A stretch of DNA of 64,000 nucleotides from Octopus sinensis (GCF_006345805.1 NC_043011.1:65980464-66044463); one strand, 5' to 3'; counted from the stretch's first letter, positions 1-13,093 are shown. A program made the numbers and translations. Notes: generated by a model not told the origin, from the sequence alone.

Positions 1-143
1 ATGACCGAAGGGTGTCTTTACTCTTTATATAAATATAAATATATATATATATACTTTGATACTTTGATACTTTGATAGGTTTCGGCCATTATTGGCCCAG
101 GCCATGTCTAACTTAATAGCACCACCTGGTGAAGTCTTTCAAG

Positions 144-3100
144 TCAGAATTTGGGCACTATGGCCCACTCAAGTAGAGAGTTATTGTTTACAGAGACATA
201 TCCGGGTGTAGGGGGTTTGTCCGGGATTTCTTGAAGGAATCTGTCCAAAGACTTCTTGAACCCTATAGGGTCAGTTTCTGTTTTAATGCGTTTTGGTGTA
301 ATGTTAAAGAGAGCGGGGCCAATTGAGGTGAAATAATTGTGCCGTATTGTTGTTATGAGATGAGAGTGCGATTTTTGTTTTGGGCGGATGGCACGGGGCC
401 CAAGCCTTGGATGTACCTTAAAGGTGATGCCAACATCATTTGGGCAATGCTGATGGAATATTTTCCACATCATGCAGATGATGTAGCGCTCACGACGACG
501 TTGGAGAGAATAGAGTTTTAGCTTTTCTAGTCGACCCCAATAGTCGAGGCCTGTCATGCCATCTATCTTTTTTGTGATTGCCCTTTGAGGTGCTTCGACT
601 TTTATGATACCTTGTATTGTGTGGGGAGACCACAGTGGACAACAGTATTCAAGGTGGGGTCGGGCAAAAGTGGAGAAGAGAAGGATAATGGTGTGGATAT
701 CTCTCGACTGGAAAGTTCTGAGAATCCAGGAACACATTCTGCGGGCCATGTCAACTTTGGTGTTTATATGAGTGGCCCAGCTTACGTTGTTGTCCACAAT
801 TACTCCCAAGTCTCTGATGTTGTTGGACGCCGTGAGAGTTTCACCTGAAGGAAGGGAGTATGGGAGTTTCAGGGCATCCTCTTTTCCAAAGTGGATTAGC
901 TCAAATTTATCCTCGTTCAGCAGCATATTGTTTTTTCTGCCCATTGGATAACAGCCAGTAGATCTGACTGAAGGCATGTCCGGTCACTCGCCTCATTTAT
1001 GACCTTCTGTAGCTTGGAGTCATCTGCAAAGATTTTTATGTTGCTGTGCTTGATGATGTCATTAATGTCATTAATGTAAATGATGAAAAGAAGTGGGCCC
1101 AGCACAGTGCCTTGCGGAACGCCACTACTGACTTTGGCTGGGCTTGATTTTACCCCTTCAACTACAACATGTTGAGATCTGTCTGTCAGGAAACACTTAA
1201 TCCATTTCAGTAACTTTCCAGAGACACCAATGTTGGATAGTTTTTTCAATAGGATCTTGTGATCGACCCTGTCGAAGGCCTTACTGAAATCAAGGTAGAT
1301 GACATCGGTGTTGGAGCCCTCTCCCAAAGCTCTCAAAATGTCCTCAAAGTGATGCAGGAGCTGCGTTAGGCAGTCCCTTCCATTACGGAACCCATGTTGG
1401 TTGGAGATCAGCCGTCTGTTGCTTTCCAGAAATTGGGTTATTTGAGATCTCACCACCCTCTCAAATACCTTGATGATATGAGAGGTGAGTGAGATCGGAC
1501 GGTAATTCACTGCAAGGGACTTGTTTCCCTTTTTGAAAACTGGGACAACAGACTGGGACAGAAGGTTTTTTGGAATATAGCCAGCATCCAGTGAGTTTTC
1601 TCCACAGATTAGCAAGGGGAGATGCAAGTTGGTGTCGACACACCTTCAGGACACAAGCAGGGAACCTATCGGGGCCTACTGCTGAATTGTGTTTTATTTC
1701 GTTTATCGCCGCTAAGACATCAGGGGCACTAAACGTTATGTCCGATATAGTGTGTTGGGGTTGACATCACTGATACAGCCCAGATCGGCCATATCAGGAT
1801 TGCTGAAAACAGAGCAGTATTGTTTCTGCAGTATCTCGGCCATGGATTTGGCATTATCTTGGAGAGTGCCAGTTTCGTCAATTAGAGGGCCTACAGTGGA
1901 GACAGTGACCCTGCGTTTCCTCGCAAATGAAAAGAACACTTTGGGGTTGAGTTTGATTTTTTCAATGGCCCACTTCTCCTCAGCTGATCTTTGGTTATTG
2001 ATGAGGGACTTCATGCATTGTTGGAGGTTATATTTTTTGGATTCAAGCAGTGCGATAGCTGTCGAATGTGTGTGTTGCTGTTGGCAGTACTTTAGTTTGT
2101 TAATTTTTTTGTTTGTTCTTTTTATTTTTCTGATAATGGTTTTTCTGTTTTGGGGGATTCTGCACTTTTTGTTCACAGGTCTTGCTGGGGAGTGTTTTGC
2201 ACATATGTCTGTGACGGTGTCTACAAAGATCTGCCAAGATGTTTTATGGTTGGTGGAGATGTGTGTATGTGTAAAGGACCAGTCAACATTTGATAGCTCG
2301 TTCCTGATTGCATCCCAGTTGGCTTTATGGAGATCCATGTTGTCAAATGGGTGGGCTGGAGGAAGGTCACTAGGATTAGCTTTCGGCTGGTGGAATTTCA
2401 TGTTACAGAGAACCATGTCATGGTCTGAAAGAAGGGTTTTTTCCACTGTAACGTTATGTATAGTGTTAGTGTGGTTACTAAACACTAGGTCCAAAATGTT
2501 CTGATGTCTTGTTGGTGCAAGGACAAGTTGGGACAAGAAAAACTCATTCGTAAAGTCGAAAAGTGACTCTGCTGCTTCTTTGTCAGCGGTTGAGGCGGGA
2601 GTGCTTGGTTTCAAACAGTTTGTAGTCCAGTCAACACAGGGTAGATTGAAGTCTCCCATCATGAGTATGTTGCTAGAATGGCACTGTTGAATAAAGCACT
2701 TAATGCTGTTGAGGCATTCTTTAAAGCACAGTATGGGTGTTTGGGGCGGCCTATAGAGTCCAATTACTGTCAGATCATTGGCTTTGTTGTGCACGGTGAC
2801 TGATTCACAGTAGCCGTTGGAGAATATACTATTTCCATCTGCCGTAAATGAATCATGCAGGAAAATGGCAGTTCCACCCTTCCTCCTGCCGATACGATCC
2901 GCGCGGATGGTTGTGAAATTCTTCACTCTCACTTCGGCTTCCAAGTGGGAGTTGTCAAGGTGGGTCTCAGTGAGAATGAAGAAAGGGATGTGGTGTGAAT
3001 GGTTACCAACCCAGTCTTCAATGAATTGGACCTTCCATTTTTGTGCATTGATGGAAGGGCTGACACCTTGTGCATTGAGTAGGAATGTGGAGGTTAGTGT

Positions 3101-3178
3101 AGTGGCTGGTTTTGACTGTTGCAGGGGGCTTGGATTTTTTGTGTGTGTTAGTGGCAGCAATGTGGGGAATTGGTGCAC
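144..3178 (-). pseudogene. LINE ORF2 (APE endonuclease plus reverse transcriptase), split by three frameshifts
   Basis: APE motifs LTETHL, GDFNLP, LDLVF and SDHD lie in 1736-3178. RT motifs NYRPISLTS, YLDFSKAFD, GVPQGTVLGPLLF and FADD lie in 917-1627, and the C-terminus in 144-977. Frameshifts are near 1745, 1585 and 930. Confidence 0.92.
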
Positions 3179-4236
3179 TGGGGTAATAGCATAGGATGGT
3201 GTTGAGTGATGGCTAGAATGTTTTTGTGTATCTCTTTTGCCATGTTCAACATGGCTAAAAAAGAATTTTCCTGCTTAGGGAGCAGTTTTTGGCTGGAGGT
3301 GTGGTTGCACTGTTGGATAGGGTTGTAGTTTCCACTTTTGTTGTTGTTGTTTTTGTGTCTTCCTGAAAAGACTGGACCAGCATTACTGCAGCATGGTGTG
3401 TTTCTATTTTTATTGTTATTCAGGTTTGTGTGTTGGCTTGAGGCCCCGTTTCTGTTTGTGCGTCGGGTCCCTGGAAGATGAGTGAAGGGACAGTCACTCA
3501 GTAGACATGTTCTCTCACGTTGGGAATACCGGCAGATTTTGGGACTCCGAGTTGTGTGTGTTTTGAATTTCGATTTACTATTTGGTGGTGTTGATGTTAT
3601 TGTGGGATGCGTGCTTTGGCCTTGGCCGGTAGTGCGTCTAGTGCCGGGTAGATGCGTGAAGATGCAGTCACTATTTGTGCAGAGTCTCTGGCGCAGTGAA
3701 TAGCGGCATATTTGGGGATTTCTTGTTTGTGCCGTGGGGGGCGCATTCTGCTTCCTATATTTCTTTAAGTTTTTGTTACTGCAGTAGTATTGAGGTGGTG
3801 ATGTGGGGGAAGAGGGCAGTGGTTTCTTATTTGGTTTTCTGTTGGTATTTTTGGTGATAGAAGACGATGGTGGCAGCGGTGGTGATGATGATGATGATAA
3901 TTGTGGTGGTTGCTGTGATAGCGGTGAAAAGATACTGGCATTTAGTGAATCGTCTAGTAAGTTAGAGTTGAGGAGTGGCTGTTGTTGTTCTTGTTGCTGT
4001 GGCTGTTGTTGTTGTTGTTGTGCCTGACCGATGTCAGGGTCAGCCATTGTGTTGGGAACCAGGAGTGGCTCATTCTGTTGTTGTTGTTGTTGTGGCTGCT
4101 GATTTTCTAGCTGTTGTTGTTCTTGAACTGTGAAAATATGTAGAAGCTTTTCATAATGGCCTCTTATCAGTTTGAAAGATACTTCGATATGTTTCAACTT
4201 GCTACGAATCTGTTTGACGGATCGTGTGTTGACCAC
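3148..4236 (-). CDS. LINE ORF1 protein with poly-Q tracts and two CCCH zinc fingers
   Basis: 362-aa open frame directly upstream of ORF2. It has two C-x8-C-x4-C-x3-H motifs (CRYSLRQRLCTNSDCIFTH and CRYSQRERTCLLSDCPFTH). Confidence 0.75.
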   Translation of the reverse strand: MVNTRSVKQIRSKLKHIEVSFKLIRGHYEKLLHIFTVQEQQQLENQQPQQQQQQNEPLLVPNTMADPDIGQAQQQQQQPQQQEQQQPLLNSNLLDDSLNASIFSPLSQQPPQLSSSSSPPLPPSSSITKNTNRKPNKKPLPSSPTSPPQYYCSNKNLKKYRKQNAPPTAQTRNPQICRYSLRQRLCTNSDCIFTHLPGTRRTTGQGQSTHPTITSTPPNSKSKFKTHTTRSPKICRYSQRERTCLLSDCPFTHLPGTRRTNRNGASSQHTNLNNNKNRNTPCCSNAGPVFSGRHKNNNNKSGNYNPIQQCNHTSSQKLLPKQENSFLAMLNMAKEIHKNILAITQHHPMLLPQCTNSPHCCH

Positions 4237-4699
4237 TTGTGATGTTTTTCGGCAATCTCATTCAAACACAAGACATTTAGATTTTCTGTTTGGGAAAGAG
4301 AGAGCCATGTGTTTATTAAAACATCAATTTCGTTATCAGACCAATTTCGTCTGTTGCAGGCCTGCAAGTTAGTCATGTTTGTTTTTCTTTGTTTGTTTTC
4401 CTTTTGATTTTTGAAAATATATATATTCTTTCTTGGGAGTTAAAGAAGTGTATATATATATAAATGTTCTCTCTTAAGGGTGTGAGTTTTTGATTATTTG
4501 GTTGTTTGAGGATATTAAAAGAAAAACAGGTGTATATAACAATTTGTAGTTAAATGAAAACGTACTTACGGGTTTGTAGGCAAACACGTGGTTACAAATA
4601 TATATATATTTAAGGTCAGTTAGTTTTGAAGCTGTGTAGCTTGCTACTGACTCGGGAGAGAAACAAATAGACGTCCGTCCAGTTCAACAGTTAATCCAC

Positions 4700-4965
<266 letters not shown>

Positions 4966-5245
4966 TTCACCTTGATTGGCCCCGCTCTCTTTAACATTAC
5001 ACCAAAACACATTAAAACAGAAACTGACCTTATACGGTTCAAGACGTCTTTGGACAGATTCCTTCAAGAAATCATGGATAAAACCCCTACACACGGATAT
5101 GTCTCTGTAAACAATAACTCTCTACTTGAGTGGGCCATAGTGCCCAAATTCTGACTTGAAAGACTTCACCAGGTGGTGCTATTAAGTTAGACATGGCCTG
5201 GGCCAATAATGGCCGAAACCTATCAAAGAATCAATGTATCAAAGT
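4966..5245 (+). mobile_element. 5'-truncated 3' end of the same LINE family, inverted relative to 53-330
   Basis: Encodes ...NNNSLLEWAIVPKF*, identical to the end of ORF2 at 144. The 3' UTR and TATCAAAG-like tail are the same. Confidence 0.92.
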
Positions 5246-5709
<464 letters not shown>

Positions 5710-6070
5710 CGCTATGCCGACCAGAGCTCACTCTGCGCGACTGTACACAGCCACTGGCCCACATTGGACGCTATGGCTACCAGAGCTCACTTTGCGTGAC
5801 TGTACACAGCCACTTACCCACATTCGACGCTATGCCGACCAGAGCTCACTCTGTGCGACTCTACACAGCCACTGGCCCACAGTCGACGCTATGGCGACCA
5901 GAGCTCACTCTGCGCGACTCTACACAGCCAATGGGCCACATTCGGCGCTTTGGCGACCAGAGCTCACTCTGCGCGACTGTACACAGCCACTGGCCCACAG
6001 TCGACGCTATGGCAACCAGAGCTCACTCTGCGCGACTGTACACAACCACTGACCCACAGTCGACGCTATG
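5710..6070. repeat. GC-rich 59-bp minisatellite, about 6 copies
   Basis: The unit CGACGCTATGGCGACCAGAGCTCACTCTGCGCGACTGTACACAGCCACTGGCCCACAGT recurs with a 1-nt shift per 60-nt line. Confidence 0.95.
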
Positions 6071-6816
6071 GGTTGGGTTGGATGTGTTTGAGTTGGGAAG
6101 AAAGAATTTCCATTATATGTATAGAGAGAGAGAGAACTATAGCGCGAAGGCATCATAACAAAAACAACCCTTCCTCAACTGTTGGCAGATTTACCTACTC
6201 CGCATTGCAAGCAGTGCAACAGGATGCGTCTTCATCAAAGCAAATTAAATAAAATTTGAGATACGTGGAACGTCAAAGCTGTTAACAAAAACAGGACAGT
6301 GAAAACATTCGGTAAGGGCTGTTTAACCATAACGAGGTGAAATGGTGTACGCTGGAGAAAACATCTTCGTCAAAAGACAGATACAAATGCGTGTTATAGT
6401 TATAAACTGAACGAGAAGAAAAAGAATTACATTTAGAATTTGAGATCTATAATTATTGAGGACAGAATTTGAGCAAGAAATAGAGAACTATAAATATTGT
6501 AAGTGGTGGCTTACATTCGTGGCTTCCAATTTCTCTGTAAATTATAAGATAGTCGCAAAATCATCGCACATGTCACCATCGATTACAAACACCGGTGGAA
6601 GATAAAAGTTCCAGAGGTTATTCTTGTTCTTTCGTTGTACAAGGATCGTATTATGTTTCGGCTAAAAATAAATTATAGATACAAATATGATGTATAGAAA
6701 TATATAAAAACCAGAATAGAAAATAAACGTCTTAGGCATATAAAATGAGATAACATGAGATATCAAGGTGTCATAAACTAGAAACCTACTAGAATATCAT
6801 AGATTATATATATATA

Positions 6817-9372
6817 TCAAGTCATCCAATCTGTTCTTTCCAATTTTACCTTTTTTTTAGATTTGAATGAAATTGAATAGTATTTTCAAATGTCTAATTC
6901 AATTGAAATTTATTTTTATGCATTTGTGTACGTTTAAACTAATTCAATATTGTTTTACAAAATAATAGAGGGGGCCACAAATCTGCGCACATGGGGATTA
7001 ACACATACTTTTAAAACAAACCAATTCTATTTAATTATAATGTTAATAAATAATATTTTCAAAGTGATTTCCCTCATTTTTCAATGCATAACTTGATGCG
7101 CCTTGCAAAATTCAGGTCAACTTGATTAAAGTCTACATTGCCATCAATTTCAGCACACTGACTGGTAATGCGTTCTCTCATGTGTTTTAAATCTGTAATC
7201 TTTCTCTTTCAACATACCACAGAAAAAGAAATCAAGGGCAGAAAGTTCTGGTGAACGAGGGGACCTTTCCATATGAGCCCTTCTTCCAATCCAGTGAGGA
7301 AAAGTGTCATTAAGCCAATCTCAAACAGTTGTGGCAAAATGGGTAGGGTGAAACCAATTCGGAAGGTCCTCGCCAAGGCGCTCAATTTGAGATATTAATT
7401 TGTCTCTCAATATGTTTACATAAGTCTCATCCGTTACATGTTCAGTAAAGAAGGGTCCTAGAACATGAGCTTTCCACAATCCACACCACACCATCACCTT
7501 TTTTCTGCCTTGTTGTTTAGGTGGATCCATCCAATGTGGATTACCTCGAGACCAGTATAGAAGATTCTCTCTGTTGACCTAACCATTTACATAAAACGTA
7601 GTTTTGTCACTGAGCAACAAAGTTTTTCGTAAAATTGATATTTTCATCCAATTTATCTGAAAACCATTCGCACGTCCACATTTGTCTATCAAGGACGTCT
7701 TCATTTAAGTGATGCAATATCTGTAGGTTATATCGATGAAACGTTTCCGTAAACAGCATTTTGTGGATGGTTGATTTTGGAACACCTAACACCGTGGACG
7801 TCCGACGAAGTGATTTCATTGGGCTAGCAGATATTTTAGCCATGACAGCCTCTTTCGTTTCATCTGATTTCTTTGGTCGCTCAGAACGGGGTTTATCCAA
7901 AACACTGCCTGTTTCTTTAACTTTCTTGATCAATTTCCCGACGGCAGTAAAAAAAATAGGGTGCCTATAAGGGTGTCGAAGATTAAATTCTTCCGCAATT
8001 TTGCGATAAGTCCACCCCTCCCGTCCACTTAATAATACTAATTCGATTCTTTCTTCTTTAGACAGATCCATCATTCGATCTGGGATTCTTTCTTCTTTAG
8101 ACAGAGCCATCATTCAATCATCTGTAGAAAAAATAACAAATAAATTTATAAAAGTAGAGTATTTTTTAAATTTAATTTAAACAAAAGTAAAAAAGGAAAA
8201 TTATTATTTCTTATATTTGTTTATGTTATGATTTTATTCCATGTACCCAGACTTCGTGGACACCCTAAAATTGCTTTGATTACAACCCTTTCAACATGAA
8301 AGTATCCAAGGAGCATTTAAGGCACATATAATTCTTTATGAGTACAATAAAGGTAACTCTGCAGCCGAAGTGACTCGAAACATACACTCAGTTTATGGGA
8401 AAGTGCTTGAATGAAAGAACTTGCAGGAGTTCGTTTGCAAAATTAAAGATGAAGATCGAGTAGGATGTGCAGTTGAATTTGATGATAAGGTCCTTGAAGC
8501 ATTATTTGAAGAAAATCCGTCATTATCAGTTGAAGAATTGGCAATAAAGCTTACTTCAAACCATACAACAGTTCATTGTCATCTTCAACAACGTGGAAAG
8601 ATTCCTAAACTTGGAAAATAGGTGCCTCATGTATTGTCCGAAAGCAACCGCAAATCCCGAGTTGACATCTGCTCTTCTCTCCATTCTTGCAAACTCATTT
8701 CACCCTTTTTCGATAGACTTGTGACGAACAACGGATTTCTATCGAACTTTTAAACGTCGTAAACAGTGGCTTGGTAAAAGGGAAAATGCTCAACCACAAC
8801 CGAGAATGGACCTTCATGGGAAAAAGGTTCTACTCTACCTGGTGCGATTGCAAAGGCGTAATTCACTTTATATCATTTCCACCTAATGCAGTAATCAATG
8901 CTCAAGTCAAGTCTACTGTCAGAAATTAGTGCGTTTGAACCAAGTTTTGAAGGAAAAAAGAACCGCTTTAGTGAGTCGAAAACGAGTGATGTTTCAACAG
9001 GACAATGCGCAACCCCACACTGCAAAGATCACATCACAGAAGATCGAAGAGTTCGGTTTTGAAAAATTTCTGCATCCAACTTATTCTCCAAGCCTTACTC
9101 CTTCAGGATACCATTTGATTCATAGTTTACAGAATTATTAGGGGGCCACAAATTTCGCAAGCCAGAAGGACGTCGAACCTGATATTTCAGAGTTCTTTGC
9201 TTTGAAACCAAAAGAGTTTTACATTGATCGGATTAAAAAGCTTGTAAAAAGATGGAAGTAAGTCATAGATAGTCCGGGAAAGTACATTGATGATTAACTG
9301 TCAATTAAATATAACATTTGATCACTTGGATTCTTTATCCAAAATTCGGACAGAACTTATGGGATGATCTGA
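6817..9372 (+). mobile_element. Degenerate mariner element interrupted by a nested Tc1-like element
   Basis: Left TIR-like TCAAGTCATCCAATCTGTTCTTTCCAATTT (6817) matches the reverse complement of AAATTCGGACAGAACTTATGGGATGATCTGA (to 9372). Broken transposase runs from 8295 (MKVSKEHLRHIILYEY...QQDNAQPH...HPTYSPSLTPSGYHL). Confidence 0.8.
6968..8265 (-). mobile_element. Tc1/mariner-superfamily element, transposase pseudogene
   Basis: ORFs 7607-8113 (HTH region, KETGSVLDKPRSERP) and 7321-7530 (KVMVWCGLWKAHVLGPFF). Degenerate TIRs of about 28 bp end in ...CATGG. TA flanks at 6966-67 and 8266-67. Confidence 0.8.
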
Positions 9373-9557
9373 GATATAAACACTGGCGAAAATATATTTA
9401 AGATCGACGATAAAAGTTCTATTTCTTACAAAATATTTTGTTACTAAACCATACAATTTATTTATATCTTTTACACCTTATACAAAATGTATTTCTCTTT
9501 CAAATGATGCAAACAATTTTTATACAACTTGAAGAATTCTAATGCTAAATTAATATA

Positions 9558-9724
9558 TATTTCTTTACTGCCCACAAGTTGCTAAACATAGAAGGGACAA
9601 ACAAGGAGAGACAAACGGATTAAGTCGATGACATCGACCCCAGTGCGTAACTGGTACTTAATTTATCGACCCCGAAAGGATGAAAGGCAAAGTCGACCTC
9701 GGCGGAATTTGAACTCAGAACGTA
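9558..9724 (-). mobile_element. tRNA-type SINE, 5'-truncated
   Basis: B-box-like GTTCAAATTCC, central CCTTTCATCCTTTCGGGGTCGATAAATTAAGTACCAG and 3' tail CTTGTGGGCAGTAAAGAAATA. Related copies occur elsewhere in the window. Confidence 0.85.
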
Positions 9725-9870
9725 ATATAAACGTTTCAAATTTACCGGCAAAATTAGTTTAAGACCATGTAATATGTATGCAATTTTTTGGCCAAAATGG
9801 GTGGTCACACAACGAGCCTAAATGCACCATATAATGTTATAATTTAATGTTATTATACAATTTATTAATA

Positions 9871-10050
9871 ATGGGAAAACAACGTAGCCTTAGTCCTGTC
9901 ACGAGAGCAATAATCGTATATTACAGCAAAAAGTTTCCTTTTCGAACATCAGCAAGCAACTAAAGTGCAGTAAACCGGCTTGCGTTCAAGCGTGGAAGTT
10001 ATACTCGGAGACTGGTCAATATAAAGATCGGCAAAGGACTAGTAACAGAA
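9871..10050 (+). pseudogene. Tc1 transposase N-terminal (HTH) fragment
   Basis: MGKQRSLSPVTRAIIV... followed after a frameshift by ISKQLKCSK...YSETGQYKDRQR, resembling Tc1 N-termini. Confidence 0.55.
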
Positions 10051-10352
10051 TATTTTGTAAGAAATAGAACTTGTATCATCGGTCTTAAATTTATTTTCGC
10101 CAGTTTGTATATTATATATATATAATGTATATAATACGAGAATTTTAATGGAGATAACCTGCAGTATATAGTACGACATTTTTGTCTCCGTATATGAGCT
10201 AAGTTTTAATAAAATGTGGTATACGATAAAAATTTCGGATATTTGTCTTTAAAAATTCAGACAAGAAAATTCAGATGTAGCACATGAGGTATTATTCCAT
10301 ACGAATATACACATATTTATGTTAACAGTTTCATGATAAAAATATAGAAATA

Positions 10353-10917
10353 TTGGGTTGTCCGGAAAGTTCGTGCCGATTTATAGTAGCTTAGCTTTCG
10401 ACTTATTTTAGAACATGTTTGAGTCCATACAATAGGATTTGACTACACCTCCATTTAGAGCAGAGTTTAAGCTATCTTTTCGTGGAAGAAGGTTTATGTT
10501 CCTATAATCTGTGTTAATTCTGTAACCCTTTAAAATAAAAGATCAGAAAGTTCATTTTCGGTGTATGATGCTTTGGGAACCAGACAAAAATTGCTGCAGC
10601 TCGGCCGGGATGTATTACCCCCACCCTCCCTATTCCCCAGGTATTGCTCCTTCGGATTTTCACTTATTCAGGTCTCTGCAGAAAAGTCTTAATGGTAAAA
10701 ATTTCAATTCCTTAGATGACGTAAAATGATACCTTGACGAATTCTTTGCCTTGAAACCACTCCAATTCTGGGAAGAGGGTATTTTCAAGGTAAAGGAAAG
10801 ATGGAGACGTTTTGTGCAACGAAATGGTTTAGATTTGGTTCATTAAAAATGTAATGGCAAGTATTTAGCGACTTTTACTTTCTTTAAAATTCGGAACGAA
10901 GTTTCTGGACGACCCAA
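10353..10917 (+). mobile_element. Internally deleted mariner element
   Basis: TIRs TTGGGTTGTCCGGAAAGTTCGTGCCGATTT and AAATTCGGAACGAAGTTTCTGGACGACCCAA, with a TA duplication. Retains the transposase C-terminus (HPPYSPGIAPSDFHLFRSLQ). Confidence 0.9.
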
Positions 10918-11127
10918 TATAAACATAACAATGAAATATGAATATAAACAGGAAAAATAAAAACCAAAATTGAAAGAGGCGATTAAAATTTTTTTCCTAA
11001 CCAGCAGCCGTTTCAGGAAAGTGGTTGTACGAAGTATTCGAAATTCAGCCCTCCTTCCTCAGCATTCCTTTATCGAGGTAAAATCCAGCAAAAAGCATTA
11101 AGGCACTACATGGTGAGTATTCAGTTG

Positions 11128-12790
11128 ATTTTATTATTACCCACAAGGGGCGAACGTAGAGGGGGACAGTACAATCGGGGGAAAAATAAAAATAATGAAA
11201 TATGAAAATATGTATAAATGTGGTGTAATGCTCCACCCGATCCCCGAAATCAGGCGGTTACATTTCGTCATTTTATAACGTTTTCAACAGTAACAAATTC
11301 ATTTTTCAGCATTTTACAATACATTTCAGTACATTTCAAAATATAATTTCAAAATACATTATCAATTACAGAAAAATTGTTTTCACAATTCACATATAAA
11401 TCTTTCGCAATACATCTTTAAGGTTTCAAAATTCATAACCAAAAGTCTTTCCAAATTTTCTCTCTTTTTTTTTTTTCTTTAATTTTAAATTATCTCCATT
11501 ACCTCTTTTAGGTCATTATAGTTTTCCATTTCTTTTGGGTACCTTAGTAGTCGGCACTTCATTTGTCTTGTTACATTCGTTCCAGCGGCTTTGATAAACG
11601 CCTCGGCGTTGTCTTCATGGATCAGTGCACCCGTTTCCTTCCACTCCGTGCCCATCCTGACCCATGAATATCCTTCCGTTTCGCTTATAAGTTCTTCCAT
11701 GTCGCCACAGTGTTTATATTGTACCAATGTTCCGTAAAATTTGTATCGTCTATTTGACCCTATGTTTTCTTTGGTTTTCCTCTTCGGGCTTACTTCTTCT
11801 TTACTTCCCTCTCTCGGTTTTTCTCTTTCTCTCTTTTTGCTTTCCTTTTCTTTTTCCTTCTCTTGTCTTTTTGGTTCTTTGTCTGTCGTATGTTCTTTTC
11901 CTGTTTTTTTCTTTTTCTTTTTGTGTAGTAGCCTTTCCTTTCTCTTCGTTCTGTTCCTTCTCTTGTTTTTTTCCTGTTTTTTCACTTTCCTTTATTTTAC
12001 TTTCTTTTTCTTTCTCTATTACCTGTGACTTTTGCTCTTTTTCTATTAATTCCTTCTCTTTGCCTTCATTTTCCTTCTGTGTATTGTTATTTCCTTTCAC
12101 CGTTGTTTCCTTTTCCTTGCTTTCTTTCTCCTTTAGAGTATTGTTCCCTTCTTCGGGTTCTTTTTCTTTCTCTTTTCTGTTTTCCTCTGTTCTTTCACAC
12201 TCCGCCACAAATTCGTAAAGCGGACATTCTTTTTTAATATGACCTCTTGTCCCACATAGATAACAGTTGGGCTTCCTCCCCTCAACTATTACGCAGAGGG
12301 GTCTACCATCTTCTACTTCTATTTGGAAGGGAATTCGGTCTATATCTCTGTTTGTGGCTGTCAGCCACATCTCTATTCCGAATCCCTTCCATTTCACTAT
12401 GCTGGTCTCTTTTATCGATCCAATTTCTATACCTTCTTCTGCTGATCCTAGGATGGCTGTTACCAGCCATTCTGTTTTTAAATCTGGGGTTATGTTTGGG
12501 ATTTTAACCCGCACCCCTCTTTTCCCCTTGTAGGTAGGCCACATGACGAAGTTTTCGCCTCTGTGTACGGTGGTAGCTAGTGAGGCCGCAACTTCTTTTG
12601 TTGCGTACCTCACCTCCACCGTACCATATTTTCTGCCTCTGCATACAAAGGTAGCCTTTTTCATAACGTCGTCCAGACATTTTTCTATGTCTTCTATCGC
12701 TATTCTCGATAGCTTTCTTGTGGTCGTGTCCTGTGTCCTATAGATTATAGTTTTGTCCTCTTTTTCCTCCTTTGCTTCAACAGGGGGGAC
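11128..12790 (-). mobile_element. ORF1-only (gag-like) non-autonomous LINE derivative
   Basis: ORF 11801-12793 has an RRM-like N-terminal half and a CCHC knuckle (CYLCGTRGHIKKEC), then a K/E-rich linker. It continues in 11485-11985 after a frameshift. The 3' UTR of about 350 bp contains no APE or RT and ends CCCCTTGTGGGTAATAATAAAATC. Confidence 0.7.
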
Positions 12791-12794
12791 CACC

Positions 12795-13093
12795 TATGAC
12801 AACAGATATTGTTTTAGTTTTCAGGTTCCACATTTTGCTGATTTCTATTTCAATATCTTTATATTTCCTCAGTTTTTGGTAGGTCTTGTCAGATACGTTT
12901 ATATCGATTGGGACAGTCATATCGATGAGGAGGCATGTTCTTTGTTTGAAGTCTTTCAATATGATGTCTGGCCTATTTGCCTCTATATTTCTGTCAGTTT
13001 GAATGGTGAAGTTCCACAGCAGTGAGATGTGGTCATTTTCAAGCACTGGAGGTGGATTGTGTTCCCACAAGTTTTTTTCATGGGGCAAAGCCA

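Noticed and set aside
1752-3194. Plus-strand ORFs of 250 and 125 aa
   Set aside because: They are antisense shadows of the LINE ORF2.
5710-6070. 59-bp repeat array as a CRISPR
   Set aside because: The units are contiguous with no unique spacers, there are no cas genes, and the context is eukaryotic.
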